Shown here: one piece after another, positions 43,440-53,537 of the stretch
How positions within the stretch are numbered: the first letter of the stretch is position 1
Layout: every line of letters begins with the position of its first letter
Virus record (IMG/VR): IMGVR_UViG_3300013105_000003
Span: 61,232-125,231 of that record
Source: a virus
Lineage: Duplodnaviria > Caudoviricetes
Length of the DNA: 64,000 nt
Direction: 5' to 3' (one strand)
Notes under the pieces: generated by a model
Database searches by the model: none
What the model was told of the DNA's origin: nothing
What the model saw: the letters and a program-made list of their open reading frames with translations, nothing else
Translations under genes and position numbers: made by a program

Positions 43440-44510
43440 AGGCATTCCCTGCAGAGCACGTCCCTAGATCCTTCCCTAGTGCCCTCTGTATCCCTGCCCT
43501 GTATCCCTGCCCTCACACGTTCCCTAGTGCTCTCATATGTGCCTATATGCGCGCGTGAGAGCACCTCTGCCTATACAGGCCCACCTAGTAGCCTGCCTAA
43601 GCTAATAGATCCTCACAAGCGCATACATGAGCACACACACACATGAGCACATGAGCTGAGACACTGCAGCACACAAGCAACTAATCATAATGATAATCAT
43701 TATCAATGCACTTAGCATGAGACACTGCTATGTGTCAATGATATTTCTTAATGAGTATCAATCTCATTAGAGCTAACATATGCATGTATGTGTTGTCAAG
43801 TGCATGCACACAATCAATCTAAAGTCAAGTCTCATATCTCTAAGCACATAGTCTAATGTTTGTCAATGCAGCTAGCTAAGTCTCTGCACTGATTGAGTCA
43901 ATCTCATGTAAGCCTGTCTAACGCGCTAACTCTGACGCAATGACTCATGATGCCTAAACGCTCTACAACTCTCTTAGATTGGCTCTCATGAGTTTCTAAG
44001 ATACTTTCAAGGCTTTAGAGACTCTCAACACTGCAGCAGACACGCGAGACAGAGTGATTACACCTATCTCTAACGCACGCGTACGCGAATAGCAGCTAGG
44101 TAGGTATCTGTCAAGGGAAAAGTCCAGGAGATTCCCATAACAGTAAAATTTCCTGTTGTCAAGTGTTTTAGCAGGAAATTCTGAAAATATTCTCGAATAG
44201 CATATGAAAGATTTACTGTCAAGCCGCTAGCACACAATAAAATGTATGTCAATAGGTTGGCGTGAGTTAATTTCTTTTCATGATGTGAGCTATGTTTGAA
44301 AATAATATAACATAGGCCGGCTATGGTGTTATTTAAAACATAGGCCGGCAATATATCTAGAGAGCACAATCTCCTGGCTTTGTCAAGTGCTAGAAATTAT
44401 GAGTTTATCCCTGCCCCAATTTGCGAGTAATTCCCATGCAATTGTCTATAAAAATGCCCCCGGGGTGAACCAGTAAATGAATTGATTTTATTTGGGGCCG
44501 GGTGTCCGTT
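43440..44510. repeat. Non-coding repeat-rich region, probable genome end / packaging region
   Basis: Periodic CCCT tract, CTCAT/ATGAG repeats, TGTCAA array, CCCCCGGGG at about 44457, between convergent gene blocks. Confidence 0.55.
43687..43705. promoter_or_regulatory. Fur/Zur-family box
   Basis: ATAATGATAATCATTATC matches 18/19 of GATAATGATAATCATTATC; perfect 7-1-7 TGATAAT-C-ATTATCA. Confidence 0.7.
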
Positions 44511-44562
44511 GTGGGACAACTCTAAATTTTAGTGCTAGGGAGTAATATAAACATATTAATAA

Positions 44563-45099
44563 CTATGGCTTAGCTAGACCTATTACTGAAGAGAGTTCTC
44601 TGGTCTTAGTACTACCAAGACGATGTACTCTATCCTTGTATGTCTTACTTCCCCAGCCGTATTCTTTCCGTAAACCACCAGAAGGAAGTTCTACAAGGTC
44701 TCCAACCTGTAACTCTGGTTTTTTATCCCATACATATACGTAGCCCTTAGAGGTCTCAATTATCTGTTTACCGTCGTGGGTATGTGTCTGAAATCCAGGA
44801 AGAGTCGTTCTAGTTGCTTCTTGGAGAGAGTCTAGTTTCTCCTGTAGTTGCTGTACTTGACTCTTTAGAATATTAATACTGTCCAGACTACTCAGGTACT
44901 GGTCTGCTTTACCAATCTCGTAAGCTCTGTAGAAAGCATCAGAAAATTTTTGGTGCGTTGGTGTAGTATGAATAGGACAAGGTAAATTGAAATCCTTACC
45001 TAGAATTTTTAGAGGTTGAGTAAACCAGTCCTGAGCACCATACACTAAGTTCCTACAAGGTTTTCCTGACTTAGTAGGATGGTTACACCTATGAGTCAT
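44563..45099 (-). CDS. Hypothetical protein with N-terminal C..T..G.PC motif
   Basis: RCNHPTKSGKPCRN...CPIH; AAGGTAAG SD. Confidence 0.65.
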   Translation of the reverse strand: MTHRCNHPTKSGKPCRNLVYGAQDWFTQPLKILGKDFNLPCPIHTTPTHQKFSDAFYRAYEIGKADQYLSSLDSINILKSQVQQLQEKLDSLQEATRTTLPGFQTHTHDGKQIIETSKGYVYVWDKKPELQVGDLVELPSGGLRKEYGWGSKTYKDRVHRLGSTKTRELSSVIGLAKP

Positions 45100-45403
45100 G
45101 CTTACCTTACCTTATGTAGTATAGAATCTAGCTGGTGGTCTGTCATAGCTACAGAGTCTACCACAAGTACAACAGTACAGGCAAGAAGTTACTCCTCTAC
45201 CTGGCTTTCAACTAACGCTAGCAGCTCTGCATGGACACTAACGTACTCTGATTCTGCCTTCTTAAATCTCTCCAATAAATTTTTTGGGACTTTAGCTCGT
45301 ATCATGCCATAATAGTCTGCCATTTTTTCTTCGTCATAAATCTCTAAACAAGGGTACATCTCATCTACGTCCCAGGAAATATCTACTAGTTCTTCATCCA
45401 TTA

Positions 45404-46099
45404 CTACTCATTGCCCTCCGTGTCGAGCGCGCGGATGCCGTGCACGAGGCTGCACTCTCCGTCGTAGATATCCACTCCGTGCTCTTCGCAGACCATCGAG
45501 TCGAGAAAGCACTGCGCCTCGACCGCCTCGGCCAGCACGTTGATCTTGACCCGCACGGCTGCGACCTGGGCGCGCAACTGGTCACGTTCGGCCTGCGCCT
45601 CCGCGATCAACGTCCGCTGGTAGTCGGTAACTGCTCGCGCCTTGGCGGCTTCCCGATCAGCACGTTCCACCTTGGCTTCGGCGCGCTCCCGTAGCTCGTC
45701 CACTTCACGGCAGACCTGGCGGACCTGGCGGACCTCTGCTTGTGCCTCACGAAACTTGATGAGCCAGTCGTCCTGGTCAGCGGGCGTGGACAGCAGGCCA
45801 GCCACATGGTGCTCGAATGAGTGGTCGGTGGCATCTTCGTCCACGCCATGCCATCCGCAAGTACAGGTACGGTTCCAGCCTCCTAGAACACCACGGAAGC
45901 CTCCTGTGTTGTCGTATTGCAGGTGATGCTCCAAGAGCACCTTAACTATAGATTCGACCTGTTCGTCTGTCTGGTCAGCGGGCGTGGCCAGCAGGCCAGC
46001 ATCGGACAGGGCACGGGCTAGTCCGAGTGGATCGTAGAGTCCACCGTTGGCGTGCTCGTACATCACGTCCGACGCGCGCTTGATCTGGTCATCAGTCAT
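45404..46099 (-). CDS. GC-rich, horizontally acquired modular hypothetical protein
   Basis: Visibly higher GC than flanks; internal repeat AGLL(A/S)TPADQ; coiled coil. Confidence 0.7.
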   Translation of the reverse strand: MTDDQIKRASDVMYEHANGGLYDPLGLARALSDAGLLATPADQTDEQVESIVKVLLEHHLQYDNTGGFRGVLGGWNRTCTCGWHGVDEDATDHSFEHHVAGLLSTPADQDDWLIKFREAQAEVRQVRQVCREVDELRERAEAKVERADREAAKARAVTDYQRTLIAEAQAERDQLRAQVAAVRVKINVLAEAVEAQCFLDSMVCEEHGVDIYDGECSLVHGIRALDTEGNE

Positions 46100-46821
46100 A
46101 AGTCTAATTCATTTCTTTCGTGTTGAGATAATGTCATTACCCTTAAAGGTATAAGTGTACTCACCCATATCATACTCTAAAACAGACTTCTTTAGTGGGT
46201 GTTTGAAGGAGAATGGAACCTTCTTACCTCTAGATGCTCTTATATCTCGTCCATCTTGGGTAAAATACTCAATAGTAGCTAGGACTATCATACCAGTTAG
46301 CACTACAACTGTACCTATAGCCCACACAATAGCCATTAAGGCAAAGTAAAACGCTAAAAAGAACAGTGTTAGTAACCCACCTACTGCTCTTGCTCCACAG
46401 AATATCATACCTTAGACTCTACCACAAAAACACTACTAGCACAAGGTTGTTTATTACTTATACTCCTCTAGAGCTTTCTTAATAGAGTAAAGTACCCTGT
46501 CCAACTCACCGAGCTTCGTTTTCAACTCTTCTACTTGCTTCTCTAGGGCACTAATGTAGTTGCAGTGAGCCTCAATCAGCTCTCTAGTATCTATACTATA
46601 AGAAATTGCGTACTGATCCTCTGCATCCTGTGAGAGCTTCCGTAGATTTTCTAGTGTTGGGGTACCGCCACTCTTTTCCTGGTCTTCCCTTACAAGTATT
46701 AGTGGACCCCAGTGTTTTTCCACATAATCCTTGTCCATGCCTGGTCCAGATGGTAAGAGGTACAAGAACCCATCTGAATACTCAGACCAAACTTCATCGT
46801 CTTCATCAATCCACTTATTCA

Positions 46822-47016
46822 TCAATATCTCCACTCTACACGCTTACGACGTAAAGTAACACCGTAAAGCATCCACAATACACCAATAAGTCCAATGATG
46901 ACTCCTACAACTACCAGCCAGTAAGCAGAAGTAACTACAGCTGTCCCAAAACTACCTAATGTAACAGTACCTACTGTCCCATCAGTAATAATTGGTGGTC
47001 CACTTACTCCACTCAC
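46822..47016 (-). CDS. Small membrane protein, possible GT2 accessory subunit
   Basis: Single long hydrophobic helix with basic tail, directly after the GT2 gene. Confidence 0.6.
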   Translation of the reverse strand: MSGVSGPPIITDGTVGTVTLGSFGTAVVTSAYWLVVVGVIIGLIGVLWMLYGVTLRRKRVEWRY

Positions 47017-47031
47017 TAAATCCTCTTTCGT

Positions 47032-48096
47032 CTAACGAACTCCGATAGCCTGGTGCCATTCGGGTACACTGCCTTTTACATGCGCTAGGATACCACGCAG
47101 GAACGCTACTTGTAAAGTTCCTGAGTAGATTAGCTCTGGTATGAGTAAAGCTGCCAACAGTCTACCTCTCCAGCCTGTATGCCATACCGTAATGACTCTC
47201 TCCAAGAGGAACACAGCACCCACTAGTAACCATATAGGAGAGATGGAGAACCAGCCCATAGATAGGCTTACAGCACTGATAAACACATAAGAAGAGAAGG
47301 TTAGTACTGAGAGAAGTAGCATAACCTGCTGAAACCAGTAACGTCTAGTAGTATTTGTATACCCATACGTGCGTAAGTTGTCCAGAGCACCTCTGTACCA
47401 GCGGATGCGTTGCTTCTGTAGGTCTTTCCAGGTACCCATTAGCTCAGTTGTCGTAGAACACTCTTTGGGAGAAGCTAGAAGGTACTTACACGATTTCAGA
47501 GCTAGAGACATTTCATTATCTTCAGTAATTGCGGTAGCATCGTAAAAATCTTCTCCTGAGAGTAGACCTTCTGCTCTTCCTTGTCGTACAGCACGTAAAG
47601 CACTCATACGAAGCACAGACCCAGTACCTGTCAATACCATTACCCTGCGAGTACGCTCAACTTCACGCGAAAATCTCTCATACTCTAGATACTGGCACCA
47701 CTGTAGGAATCCTTGAGGCTTTACACCATGAAAAACTCCTCCTACAGCAGCTATTTCCTTATTTTCTAGTGTTTTTACCGCTGTTTGCAGGAAATCTGGT
47801 CCCATAACAGTGTCTGCATCCATTACAAGGACTAGTTCTGTGTCAACTTCAGGTAATACTTTGTTGATAGCGCCTGCTTTACGACCAGAAACACTGCCTA
47901 AATCATGCAATTCTACCCTTGAATCCTGGACACGAGCTACAGCGTCTGCAGTAACACTACTAGAAGCATTGTTCCAAGCTACAATAATGCGAGAAGGTGA
48001 GGGATTTTGAGCTAGAAGTGACCTAATAGTAGCATCTATATCAGGCTCATCAACGGCTGGGATAATAGCAGTAATCATTTTTATCTCACTAGTCAC
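47032..48096 (-). CDS. Processive GT2 glycosyltransferase (PgaC/IcaA/hyaluronan-synthase-like)
   Basis: IIPA, KAGAIN, VMDADT, ITED, QKQRIRW (QxxRW), C-terminal TM helices. Confidence 0.85.
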   Translation of the reverse strand: MTSEIKMITAIIPAVDEPDIDATIRSLLAQNPSPSRIIVAWNNASSSVTADAVARVQDSRVELHDLGSVSGRKAGAINKVLPEVDTELVLVMDADTVMGPDFLQTAVKTLENKEIAAVGGVFHGVKPQGFLQWCQYLEYERFSREVERTRRVMVLTGTGSVLRMSALRAVRQGRAEGLLSGEDFYDATAITEDNEMSLALKSCKYLLASPKECSTTTELMGTWKDLQKQRIRWYRGALDNLRTYGYTNTTRRYWFQQVMLLLSVLTFSSYVFISAVSLSMGWFSISPIWLLVGAVFLLERVITVWHTGWRGRLLAALLIPELIYSGTLQVAFLRGILAHVKGSVPEWHQAIGVR

Positions 48097-48106
48097 TTAA
48101 GAGAAG

Positions 48107-48745
48107 TCATGAGGAACTACTAACAATAGCTCCAGCAGACTCCATATCAAAGAGAGCATCTACTTCATCCCTCTTACTGTGAGCGGTCGTAAGGTCTTCC
48201 AGCAGCCGAACTGTGAGCTTGTTGCTTGCACTGGCCCACTTCATCTTGAGAGCATCTAACACAGTTGCTTTGACACAGTGCTCCGTCACTAAACCACATA
48301 CGTCAATAGTTAGGTCAACTCCGTCTATTCCAATACAGCTGTACGACACAGCTGTTCGGATAAGTTGGTCAGTAGAAAATCCATTAATACTGCTCGTAGC
48401 TCCCCAAGCACTATACCCATCACTGTACTGACCCTTGCGGACCTCTGAAATCAAGTGACGGGTCGTTTCGTCGGTACCTTGCCCATCAATCCAATCTTGG
48501 ATGGGCCAGAAGAAGTCGGCACTACGGGTACCAGCTACACAGTGAATAGGCCAAGTCTTGAAGTGCTCACCTGGTGCAATGTGCCAGTCCTTGGACAAGA
48601 TTACCGTGACGTACTCTCTAGAGTGCTCAGACAGGTACTCAGCGATCTTTTGGCAGGTCTGTGCTGCTCCGGTCGATGCTAGCTCACCACCCTCGCAGAA
48701 TCCATTCTGTGCGTCAACAACAATTAGTACGTTTCTCTTAATCAT
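48107..48745 (-). CDS. pncA: Nicotinamidase/pyrazinamidase (isochorismatase family)
   Basis: LIVVDAQNGFCEGG.L, DWH, WPIHCV.GT, KG...YS, GL.TEHCV. Confidence 0.9.
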   Translation of the reverse strand: MIKRNVLIVVDAQNGFCEGGELASTGAAQTCQKIAEYLSEHSREYVTVILSKDWHIAPGEHFKTWPIHCVAGTRSADFFWPIQDWIDGQGTDETTRHLISEVRKGQYSDGYSAWGATSSINGFSTDQLIRTAVSYSCIGIDGVDLTIDVCGLVTEHCVKATVLDALKMKWASASNKLTVRLLEDLTTAHSKRDEVDALFDMESAGAIVSSSS

Positions 48746-48764
48746 AGGTCTATCCTATCACACA

Positions 48765-49796
48765 TCACAGGCCGTGTCTGTCATACCAAAGGTATGACAG
48801 TTTCACCATTGCAACGTCCCAAATATACTGTACAGATTCATTCATCCGAACTTCTAGGTCAGGACTCTCTAGCACAACATAATTTAGGTCGTATTTCTCA
48901 CAAATCCCAAGCCAATACTCGTCAGAGCCTTCACGAACGTTCCCACCATACCGGAGAGGGTCTTCCTCAAACGGTATATTGCTCTTGGTGATGATGTATA
49001 GGTCAGACTTGTTAGCTAGAGCATCCTCAATTAGTGTCTCAGGACACTCACCTAGAGTCTTCTGCCAATGTGGTAAACTCCAATACCCTACTGTCGAAAA
49101 GAGGTCAGTATCTTGGATAATATATGGAGATGTTGTACTGAGCTTAGACCCTTGCTTCTGGAGAGCTAGCTGTCCACGGTAAATATCACCCATAGAGTCT
49201 GGTGTAATCTCATTTATGGTATTTTCTAGGTATGGACGAGCATACTCGAATAGCCAAGGTGCCCCAAGACGGTCTGCTACTACGTGAGATGTAGTTGTCT
49301 TTCCAGTAGACTCTGCACCGAAGAAGGTTACGCGAGTCTTGATGTACTCTTGGAACTCTGGAAGTATATTCTTAAAGTACTGGAAAGGATAATTACGTAC
49401 CTTTGTAGCCTTAGATGGGTTAATCTGGCGCTCAATATCGTAAGGGTAGAACTTAGTGCCTGTTAGCTCAGCTAGTTTCTTTCCGTACAACTCACTAGCT
49501 ACAATAACATCAATTCCTGCTCGAATTCCCCAGTCAAGTAGCATATTCTTCCACATATCCCAAAATCCTGGAGCTTCAGGATCTTGTTCAATAAACTCAG
49601 AGTAGGTATGCACCCGTACATTGTGGGAAGAAACTGCCTTTGTTACTGCACTTACTCTTTCTTCTATAAATGGTTCATCTGGTTGTGTGTTGACGATTAG
49701 TTCAACACCTTCGTCAGCTAGTGACTCAGCGAACTGTATTAATTGCAAGTGTCCGGTCGTAGGGGGCATCGCTGTCATCAAGACAAACGCCTTCAT
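48765..49796 (-). CDS. nadR: NadR-like bifunctional NMN adenylyltransferase / ribosylnicotinamide kinase
   Basis: PPTTGH nucleotidyltransferase motif, SELYG, GAESTGKTT, EYARPY, DTD, FEEDPLR. Confidence 0.9.
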   Translation of the reverse strand: MKAFVLMTAMPPTTGHLQLIQFAESLADEGVELIVNTQPDEPFIEERVSAVTKAVSSHNVRVHTYSEFIEQDPEAPGFWDMWKNMLLDWGIRAGIDVIVASELYGKKLAELTGTKFYPYDIERQINPSKATKVRNYPFQYFKNILPEFQEYIKTRVTFFGAESTGKTTTSHVVADRLGAPWLFEYARPYLENTINEITPDSMGDIYRGQLALQKQGSKLSTTSPYIIQDTDLFSTVGYWSLPHWQKTLGECPETLIEDALANKSDLYIITKSNIPFEEDPLRYGGNVREGSDEYWLGICEKYDLNYVVLESPDLEVRMNESVQYIWDVAMVKLSYLWYDRHGL

Positions 49797-50460
49797 TAAG
49801 ACTCTTCTTCCATACTAGGTATCCGTAAAGTGTGTTTCCAAGGAAAAGTACATACTGGGCAGCTACTAGGAATAGACCAGTAGTGTAATACGTGTAGATT
49901 GCGAACACATTTACCAGTGCCCACACTCCCCAGTTCTCAAGCTTCTTGTTATCGAGAAGGAACTGAGCAAGAATTGTCCCAGCTAGAATGAGTCCATCAG
50001 TCCAAGCCATGTTACCACCAATGGCGTTACTCAGAACAGAGGCTCCAAGGTACCCTACACCAGCTACAAGTAGGTAAACAGGAACCATTTTTAGTGATAC
50101 ATGGGTCACAACTCGTGCATTTGTGTCCTTACCCCAACGAATCCAGCCATAGATAAGGGTTGGGACAAGGTAGGCATTTAGAATAACACTAGCAAATAGT
50201 CCGCTCTGCCAGAAAAGCACAGCATAGGCTGCTGATGAGATAGCACCTAGAGGGTAGTTAATTCGGCGCTCCTTCACACACAGGTAGGTACATGTGTATG
50301 AGGTCAGAACTGCAAATACTTCTAGCCAATTAAGGTCTGTGAGGCTGATCCAGCCAAATTCAGCGCCGATAAGGTAGGAAACTGCTGTCAGTACCACCCC
50401 TACTGCTACGCTCTCGATGTAGTCTTTCTTAGGAGATGACTGTAGGTTCTTTGTCTTCAT
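49726..50460 (-). CDS. pnuC: Nicotinamide riboside transporter
   Basis: Multi-TM protein; YGWIRW, AQFLL..KKLENW..W...N motifs; overlaps the nadR start. Confidence 0.9.
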   Translation of the reverse strand: MKTKNLQSSPKKDYIESVAVGVVLTAVSYLIGAEFGWISLTDLNWLEVFAVLTSYTCTYLCVKERRINYPLGAISSAAYAVLFWQSGLFASVILNAYLVPTLIYGWIRWGKDTNARVVTHVSLKMVPVYLLVAGVGYLGASVLSNAIGGNMAWTDGLILAGTILAQFLLDNKKLENWGVWALVNVFAIYTYYTTGLFLVAAQYVLFLGNTLYGYLVWKKSLNEGVCLDDSDAPYDRTLAINTVR

Positions 50461-51249
50461 GAAAGGAATACTATCATCTCTTGGAGTGAGTGTCAACTCT
50501 CAAGCCAGTCATCGTATGCCTCTGAATCAATTCCTGCCTTTTCAAGTATTACATGGCGCTGGTAATCAGATAGGTTATCTTTCTCAGCTCGCTCATGAAA
50601 GTTATACAAGAAAGTATCCATTTGTGAGAGTGTCCACGTAGTAGCGAAAAGAAAGGTAGTGTTATCACTGGTCATAATGTTCCCAAGGGCAGTGTCCTGC
50701 GTGTTTAGTGGCGTAATATCTGTCAAAATCACAAGTTGAGCAAACATGACCATTTGCATGAGAGCAGCTGTTATTGTCAATCCACATTCTGTCATCTCGG
50801 CAACGAGTATAGATAATTAACCTAACTGGCTCACACTGCTCTTCAGTCATAAAGATTAATAGCCTTTCTATGCGCTTCTAGTGCCTTTTTGGTTCGCTTT
50901 TTATCAATAACTGTAACTGGCAGTATATAAGGCCAAATAAATAGTATAATAATAAATGCTAATGGTACTCTCCAAGCAAGTTGAAGTTTATAGTCTAAAA
51001 CACTTGTTGATCTTACTAGAGATAAATCATAGTGAATAGCATAGATCGCTGATACTGCTCCGACACCTAGATACCCAATAATCCACCACAGAGAGATAAA
51101 TAGGGAAATTTCTAACACTGGCATTATTTAGGACTTCCATTAAGGTCGTAAGGCTTTGACTTGTCAAGCTCTATATCATCTTCTGTGAACATACCCCCTA
51201 GAATACCAGAATCTAGGGGGTATGTCAACAGTTGTAATTAGTTAGCCTT

Positions 51250-51876
<627 letters not shown>

Positions 51877-51892
51877 CTATTTACTTCTACTC

Positions 51893-52597
51893 TTATAGTG
51901 TGCCTTTTTCAATGAGGTTTCGGAATTCTTCGTAAGTAGCTTTACCAGTAAAGCTTCCGTGATTAAATAGAGTATACCCATATGCATACTGACTCCAGGC
52001 AGTAGCCTTATATTGAAGCTCTACTTCAAGCTCCTTGACAGGCTTACCTTGAATTGCAGCATGTCCAAATTCGTGCTGAGCCAGTGCCTGAATGTAATTA
52101 CGGTAACAGTCCTTTTGACGCCATACAAAGACATTAGGAGCATCCTCTAGAGGTACAGAGAAGGACCGAGCATCAAAGAATGCTTCGTTATCACTCCGAT
52201 TAGGCTTATACAGTAGGTTGGTATCTCCCCAACGATGCAGATATTCATTAAAGTGATAAGTAAACATAGATGCAACAACCGATTCTAGCTTTGACTTCTT
52301 AAACCCAAACCATCCTTGAGAATTTGGTCCTTGAAGATCTGTTAGAAGGAAAGTTGCTTCGTCAGATTGAGTATAAGCTAGAACACAACCCTGTGCTGCA
52401 CTGGCTACACTCTCTGTAGCACTAAACATTGCAGCACTGACAGAACCATCAAACGGCTTATTAGCTCCCTTAGTGAAGGTGTGGAAAGCTACTCCATCGA
52501 CACGTACAATAATAGCATTACGTGGGTGGAACTGGTATGATGCTACCTTCTCATATCTTTTCATACGAGCATCTAGGGACTCGTTAAGAGATGTCAC
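51893..52597 (-). CDS. thg1: tRNA-His guanylyltransferase Thg1-like protein
   Basis: RMKRYE, RVDG.AFH.FT, YTQSDE, FDAR, WRQ.DC.RN. Confidence 0.9.
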   Translation of the reverse strand: MTSLNESLDARMKRYEKVASYQFHPRNAIIVRVDGVAFHTFTKGANKPFDGSVSAAMFSATESVASAAQGCVLAYTQSDEATFLLTDLQGPNSQGWFGFKKSKLESVVASMFTYHFNEYLHRWGDTNLLYKPNRSDNEAFFDARSFSVPLEDAPNVFVWRQKDCYRNYIQALAQHEFGHAAIQGKPVKELEVELQYKATAWSQYAYGYTLFNHGSFTGKATYEEFRNLIEKGTL

Positions 52598-53006
52598 TGT
52601 ATTTCCTAACGTTGATGTTTGCTTGTTTGAGCAAGTCTACACCACCAGTGCTCCGGTAGTCAAGCTCATACACTACATCAGATATACCGGCATTTATAAT
52701 CATCCTAGAGCAAGTGTAGCAAGGTGCGTGTGTACACCACATCGTGCATCCTGTCAAGTCTCTAGCTGCAAATACTATAGCATTTTCTTCTGCATGGGCG
52801 GCTGTAGTGCAAGGAGAGTCATCTGTATGAACACAGTGTTCTAGACTTGCAGCATTTCCATTATAGCCGGAAGATACTATACGACCACTCTTGGAAATAA
52901 CAGCACCAACATGCAACCTACTGCATGTTGACCTGGTTGCCCACAACTCAGCTGTAGCCATTAGGATTCCAGCCTCTGTTGGCCTAGTCATTGTAGAATA
53001 ACTCAT
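52584..53006 (-). CDS. dCMP deaminase
   Basis: RSTC.R..VGAVI, GYNG, HAEENAI, PC..C. Confidence 0.9.
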   Translation of the reverse strand: MSYSTMTRPTEAGILMATAELWATRSTCSRLHVGAVISKSGRIVSSGYNGNAASLEHCVHTDDSPCTTAAHAEENAIVFAARDLTGCTMWCTHAPCYTCSRMIINAGISDVVYELDYRSTGGVDLLKQANINVRKYSDIS

Positions 53007-53162
53007 ACTTCTTCTATAATATTGAGTGTTAGGGTAGTACTACCAACATCAAATTGATTGTATCCTCTGCTCGTGCGGACACTAACTGTGTCTGTGTCGG
53101 AAGCTCCTTCAATTAGCTTCTTAAGTTCACTGACAGAAAAAGTTGCCCTCTCGCCGTTCTTC

Positions 53163-53459
53163 TCAATCTTCTTTTGCATTGTTATTTTCATAAACTTCTG
53201 CCTTAAAATCTATTGTCATACCTAGTGTAAAGGCATAATATTTTAATAGGAATATACTACTGTCTCCGTAGTTTTCTAGTCTTTCTATAGAATCTTCTCT
53301 TACCCCTATTTGTTTAGCTACTTGTGATCTAGTTAGACCAAGCTCCATTCGTCTAACTACCAACATATCAAGCATATCATATACATGATCTGTCAATTCT
53401 ACAATGAGCCGGTTCTCTGGGTCGTCAATATCTATACCAAGCAGGATTTCATCACTCAT
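53163..53459 (-). CDS. XRE-family HTH protein
   Basis: L...R..LGLTRSQVA..IGV....I.RLEN. Confidence 0.75.
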   Translation of the reverse strand: MSDEILLGIDIDDPENRLIVELTDHVYDMLDMLVVRRMELGLTRSQVAKQIGVREDSIERLENYGDSSIFLLKYYAFTLGMTIDFKAEVYENNNAKED

Positions 53460-53460
53460 G

Positions 53461-53533
53461 CTCCTCACCCTGGCTTCGATCCAGGACTACCAGATTCAGA
53501 GACTGGTGTGCTACCATGTTACACTAATGAGGA
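53461..53533 (-). tRNA. tRNA-Gln(CUG)
   Basis: Acceptor TCCTCAT/GTGAGGA, anticodon loop CTCTGAA, T arm CCTGG-ATCGAAG-CCAGG. Confidence 0.85.
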
Positions 53534-53537
53534 TTAA

